The notes under the pieces were generated by a model. It searched no databases. It was not told the DNA's origin and saw nothing but the letters and a program-made list of their open reading frames with translations. From an uncultured archaeon (GTDB lineage: Archaea; Asgardarchaeota; Heimdallarchaeia; Heimdallarchaeales; Kariarchaeaceae): 28,774 nucleotides of DNA. Location of the stretch: NCBI GenBank assembly GCA_964645535.1, contig CAZYCQ010000044.1:1-28774 (forward strand), in the 5' to 3' direction. Shown here piece after piece: positions 24,559-28,774 of the stretch (its first letter is position 1; the number at the start of each line of letters is the position of its first letter). The position numbers and the translations under genes are program-made.

Positions 24559-27500
24559 AATAGCTTTGAAACTTTTTGAAGAATATGACCCAAACTCTCC
24601 TCACACTGTTGAACAGAAATTGGTTGAGCTTTGGGATGAGATGAACCTTCTGAAAAGGGTTAAGGAAAAAAACCACAATGGTAGAAGATTTGTTTTCTAT
24701 GATGGCCCCATAACTGCCAACAATCCAATGGGTGTCCATCACGCATGGGGTAGAACCTATAAGGACGTGGTTCAGAGATATAAGGCCATGAAGGGTTTTG
24801 ACCAACGTTTTCAAAATGGATTCGACACCCAAGGACTTTGGTTGGAGGTGGAAGTTGAAAAGGCCCTGAATCTGGGAAGCAAAAAAGACATCGTTGAATT
24901 TGGTCTCGATAATTTTGCTCAGAAATGCAAAGATCGGATTGCAACCTATTCCAATCTTCAGACCAACCAAAGCAAAGCGCTTGGTCAGATGATGGATTGG
25001 GAAAATAGTTATTTCACCCATACGGATTCGAATATCGAGACAATATGGCATTTCCTGAAAGTATGTCACCAAAAAGGGTGGCTCTACCTAGGGCATCGAA
25101 CGATGCCATGGTGTTGGAGATGTGGAACAAGCCTTTCGAAACATGAGCAATCTGATTCCCATCGCCTAATGAAACATACCGCGGTTTTTGTCAAATTTCC
25201 TTTGGTAAACAGAACTGGTGCTCTATTGGTCTGGACAACCACCCCATGGACACTCCCTGCCAATGTTGCACTGGCTGTCCATCCAGACCTTGAATATGGA
25301 CTCTTCAAAAACGGGCGAGAAATTGTATATGCTGGTCTCTGGATGAAGGAAAGACTGAAAGATTTTGATTTGGTCAAAAAAATAAAAGGAAAGGCTCTTG
25401 TTGGATGGAAATATTCTCATCCACTCGCCACTGACGAAAGAGAGCTACCTTGGCGCGTGTATGCGTGGTCTGAAGTCTCTGCCAATGAGGGAACCGGCGT
25501 TGTTCATTTGGCTCCTGGTTGTGGAGAAGAGGATTTTCGATTTTCACAAAACCAAGACCTTCCTTTTGTGAAGGCTCTTGATGAACAGGGTGTCTATCTA
25601 TCCGGATTTGGACATTATTCCGGCAAATTTTACAGGGAGGTCAATGAACTCGTTGTGAAAGACCTAGAAAATTCTGGTTTTCTCTTTCTTGCAGAAGAAT
25701 TTGAACACCGTTATCCCGTGTGTTGGAGATGCAAGGAAGAACTCGTCTTCCGTCTGGTGAATGAATGGTTCTTGGATTGTACAGAAGTCAAGAATCTTTT
25801 GCGAGCCGCTTCGGAAAAAGTGACCTGGAACCCCCCTTCTGTCGGTGATCGATTTGCCAATTGGCTTGAGACGATGGGAGATTGGTGTATCTCCAGAAAA
25901 CGATTTTGGGGTCTTCCTCTCCCTTTTTATCCATGTGAATGCGGTCATCTCACAGTTGTTGGATCGGTAGCAGAACTAAAGGAACTTGCGGCTGATCCTA
26001 CTGAAATAGAGGAATTACACCGGCCTTGGATAGATCAGGTATATATCCGTTGCAAAGGATGCGGAAAAAGGGTATCAAGAGTTCCCGATGTTGGAGATTG
26101 CTGGTTGGATGCCGGCATCATGCCGTTTTCAACTCTGAATTATCTCAATGACAGGGAATATTGGAGCAAATGGTTTCCTGCGGATTTCGTCTGTGAAATG
26201 AGGGAACAGGTAAGGCTTTGGTTTTACTCAATGATGTTCATGTCGGTCACTCTTACAGGAAGACCTCCATTCAAGTATGTTTTTTCATATGAGGTGGTTA
26301 AAGACAAGTTTGGAAATCCGTTTCACAAAACAGGCCCTAATGCAATAGTGCTGGACAAGGTTTTGGAAACAATGGGTGCCGATGCTCTTCGTTTCCTCTA
26401 TTTGGGTCAGAACAACGCCCTGCCTATGAAATTCGATACCTCTTCAAAAAGAGGAAACAAGATCCTCCGCTCATTATACAATGCCACCAAATTCCTTGTG
26501 ACCTATTCCGATCTAGATGGGTTAGACACTGAGTTGCCTGTTCTTCACGACCCATTGGATCTTTGGATGGTTGAGGAGTTGGATTCCTATCTATCTTTCG
26601 CAGAAACAGCTTATGAAAACTACAACTTCGTTCAGCTGGTCGAAAGAACCGAGGAGTTCTTAGATGATTTCACCAATTGGTATCTTCGCTTGAGCAGAAG
26701 GGATACTTGGAATGGAAGTCCCGTAAAAAGGTCTGTGATATTCTGGACACTTTCAAACCTTATAAAGGTCTTAGCACCGGCACTTCCATTCATCAGTGAG
26801 CTGATCCATCAACAACTGCGCAAATATGATTCTTTGTGCAAAGTGTCTGTTCACTTGGAAGATTTCCCAAGATGTAAGGGCAGACCTTCAACATGGGGAT
26901 CCGCAATGAGGATCATACAAAAGTTCGCTGAAATGGGAAGAAAACTGCGAAAACTGGTCGGCGTAAAAACAAGACATCCTCTCCAAAAGGCTCTTGTCTG
27001 GCTTACCGATCCTTCAGACAATGTTGAATTGCTTCTGCCTCTTCTTGAACAAGAGTTGAACGTGAAATCGGTACAGTTGCTCAAAAATCCTGATCAGTAT
27101 CTGAAGTATCATTTGGTTCCAAATTATGCAGTCGCTGGTCCCCTTTTTGGCAAAAAGATCAGGGAGTTTGAAAAAGCACTTCAAAACCTATCTCGGAAAC
27201 AGGTTCTCCATTGGAAAGAAGGTGGGGCAGTGTTCGTCACTCTCGATATCCCCTATAAGTTGACAAAAGACCTTGTCCATCTGAAGTTTGAAACTAGAAA
27301 GGGATTTGTTTCTGAGATCGGAAGCAATCTTGCAATATTTCTTGATACCAAACGTTCTTCATCTTTGGTTCAAGAGGGACTTGTGAGAGATGTTATCCGG
27401 CTTGTCCAAGTGAAACGTCAAGAAAGAAATGTCTTGGTAACCCAAAAAATAAACCTTCGATTGACTGCACCTGCCAATGTGATTGAGGCTGTCAAGGCAT

Positions 27501-27610
27501 TTGAGGATTTATTGAAAAAGGAAACCCTTTGTTTGGATCTTGAATTGGTGGAAAGGTCAAAAGGCACTGCCGTTGAATTATTTGTGAATCCAATACCCTT
27601 GAACGTCTGA
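24545..27610 (+). CDS. ileS: Isoleucine--tRNA ligase, type 2 (no C-terminal Zn finger)
   Basis: FYDGPITAN, GFDTQGL, editing motifs WTTTPWTLPAN and GTGVVHLAPGCGEED, DWCISRKRFWGLPLP, DCWLDAG, NWYLRLSR and EGLVRDVIRLVQ. The start is GTG 24545 or TTG 24566. Confidence 0.96.
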   Translation: MKFTEIALKLFEEYDPNSPHTVEQKLVELWDEMNLLKRVKEKNHNGRRFVFYDGPITANNPMGVHHAWGRTYKDVVQRYKAMKGFDQRFQNGFDTQGLWLEVEVEKALNLGSKKDIVEFGLDNFAQKCKDRIATYSNLQTNQSKALGQMMDWENSYFTHTDSNIETIWHFLKVCHQKGWLYLGHRTMPWCWRCGTSLSKHEQSDSHRLMKHTAVFVKFPLVNRTGALLVWTTTPWTLPANVALAVHPDLEYGLFKNGREIVYAGLWMKERLKDFDLVKKIKGKALVGWKYSHPLATDERELPWRVYAWSEVSANEGTGVVHLAPGCGEEDFRFSQNQDLPFVKALDEQGVYLSGFGHYSGKFYREVNELVVKDLENSGFLFLAEEFEHRYPVCWRCKEELVFRLVNEWFLDCTEVKNLLRAASEKVTWNPPSVGDRFANWLETMGDWCISRKRFWGLPLPFYPCECGHLTVVGSVAELKELAADPTEIEELHRPWIDQVYIRCKGCGKRVSRVPDVGDCWLDAGIMPFSTLNYLNDREYWSKWFPADFVCEMREQVRLWFYSMMFMSVTLTGRPPFKYVFSYEVVKDKFGNPFHKTGPNAIVLDKVLETMGADALRFLYLGQNNALPMKFDTSSKRGNKILRSLYNATKFLVTYSDLDGLDTELPVLHDPLDLWMVEELDSYLSFAETAYENYNFVQLVERTEEFLDDFTNWYLRLSRRDTWNGSPVKRSVIFWTLSNLIKVLAPALPFISELIHQQLRKYDSLCKVSVHLEDFPRCKGRPSTWGSAMRIIQKFAEMGRKLRKLVGVKTRHPLQKALVWLTDPSDNVELLLPLLEQELNVKSVQLLKNPDQYLKYHLVPNYAVAGPLFGKKIREFEKALQNLSRKQVLHWKEGGAVFVTLDIPYKLTKDLVHLKFETRKGFVSEIGSNLAIFLDTKRSSSLVQEGLVRDVIRLVQVKRQERNVLVTQKINLRLTAPANVIEAVKAFEDLLKKETLCLDLELVERSKGTAVELFVNPIPLNV

Positions 27611-27851
27611 ATCATCCGTGGATATTTCTGGAAGCGTTCCTATCAGAGTCTCGTCAATAATGGACTTTAAATCAAGTTCTTCTCCTTTGATTTTTTCAAG
27701 GTTGGGCAAAGATCCTAAAACAGCTGACCAAACTTCCAATTTTTTTATCCAAAGAGATGTCTTGTTACAACGCCCTCTTTTTCATCATAACCATGTATTT
27801 TTCAAGCATCTCTTGTCCATGTTCGAATTGGAACCAAATTTGCAGGACTTA

Positions 27852-28181
27852 TTAATGCAGAATGATTCCGTGATAAAACATGTATATGGCAATAATTGCT
27901 GCACCAATTACTGAGGACCAGATTATCCATCCCGTGGGGTTGTTTTTCACAGATTGGGTTATTCCGTCATCTCTCGACTTGAAAACAAAATAAATGATGG
28001 CGAACACAATCAACAGAAAATACATTTGGGTTATCCAATGATGATAGAATGGCGGTATCGATTTCATGAAATTAAAAATTCCGCTGATTTCCTCCTTGAG
28101 TACGACTAAAATACCATTGAATACCGCCGCTATTGAATAAGCCAAAATTGCTGCTACAACTGATGCATTAGTCTCTTCCAT
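27852..28181 (-). CDS. Small 3-TM membrane protein with HHW motif
   Basis: Three hydrophobic helices, YHHWIT, and a GAGGTGG RBS. Co-oriented 12 nt downstream of 28194..28667. Confidence 0.75.
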   Translation of the reverse strand: MEETNASVVAAILAYSIAAVFNGILVVLKEEISGIFNFMKSIPPFYHHWITQMYFLLIVFAIIYFVFKSRDDGITQSVKNNPTGWIIWSSVIGAAIIAIYMFYHGIILH

Positions 28182-28193
28182 TTTTCCACCACC

Positions 28194-28667
28194 TCAAATT
28201 CCTTTTGCCAATCGGACAGTCATGGAAATGACCGCTCCGAACCCTTCCATGAGGACGGCAATCACAAACATCGTAAATGCAATCGTCATGGCAATTTTCT
28301 TTGCTTTGGTATCCTTCGTCAGATCAACATTCCTTACAAGAATGAAGAGGACGATTGTCAATAGGGGCATCATGAAGAACCAATGCTCCTTGACCTCCGT
28401 GAAAAATGCATGCCCCCAATAATAATCGCTGCTTTTTATGATGGATTTGCTTCCTCCTTCGCGTCCGTAATACGGAACATAATACCAAGCCGCGAAAATG
28501 TAGGTGAGCCAAGTCGTTATGATTGTGGCCCAATTGATTTTCATGACCCTGCTGTAGGTTGACTCAGAAAGGTATTTCAGCTCAATACCGAGCCAAAAGG
28601 ACAGAAGGGCCGCTGCAACGCCCAAAAAGGCGTGAATCATAATCAGTAGGTGAACCAGATCGACCAT
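28194..28667 (-). CDS. 4-TM membrane protein with spaced His residues (possible heme/metal binding)
   Basis: IHAFLG in TM1, WYYVPYYG, GHAFFTEVKEHWFF and four hydrophobic helices. Confidence 0.78.
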   Translation of the reverse strand: MVDLVHLLIMIHAFLGVAAALLSFWLGIELKYLSESTYSRVMKINWATIITTWLTYIFAAWYYVPYYGREGGSKSIIKSSDYYWGHAFFTEVKEHWFFMMPLLTIVLFILVRNVDLTKDTKAKKIAMTIAFTMFVIAVLMEGFGAVISMTVRLAKGI

Positions 28668-28677
28668 TTTCGATCAT

Positions 28678-28726
28678 CGGAGGCATTTACTTGCCTCCGT
28701 ATATTAATTGTATTTTCCCTTATAAA
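28678..28726 (-). promoter_or_regulatory. TATA box plus perfect 8-bp inverted repeat at the predicted transcript 5' end
   Basis: Minus-strand TTTATAA at 28726-28720; CGGAGGCA-N6-TGCCTCCG at 28678-28699. Confidence 0.55.
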
Positions 28727-28774
28727 TCGTCCTGCCCTATGATGAATTCTTGTTAAACATTCTTAATATTTTAT

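Noticed and set aside
24515-25072. 185-aa antisense ORF (and the many other 60-125-aa antisense/shadow ORFs in the track)
   Set aside because: They lie opposite or within well-supported genes and lack motifs; they are codon-bias shadows.

Overview
Gene-dense window of about 25 CDSs. It is most consistent with an Asgard-type archaeon (Heimdallarchaeia-like). That assignment is inferred from TATA-like boxes about 25 nt before start codons, a giant N-sequon-rich Ig-repeat surface protein with a longin/roadblock-like cytoplasmic tail, a TPR protein with a similar tail, and an orphan 7TM protein. Recognisable genes are a GT4 glycosyltransferase, a sulfotransferase, citrate synthase, an ABC ATPase and permease, an NYC1/NOL-like SDR, protoglobin, an HxlR regulator, DinB, DUF885 and a type-2 IleRS. 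No rRNA, tRNA, CRISPR array or transposase was seen. The top candidate for a new system is an unannotated 43-aa secreted pre-peptide gene (73..204, - strand) divergently paired with a 7-helix membrane protein, which could be a peptide-ligand/receptor pair. Second is an ileS leader with a duplicated 18-bp element that could act as a tRNA-Ile anticodon mimic or as twin Ile-containing uORFs. Others are a receptor-like 2,050-aa Ig-repeat/TM/longin protein and an IleRS with both class-I motifs altered (GVHH, PFHKT). All assignments are from reading the sequence; no searches were run.
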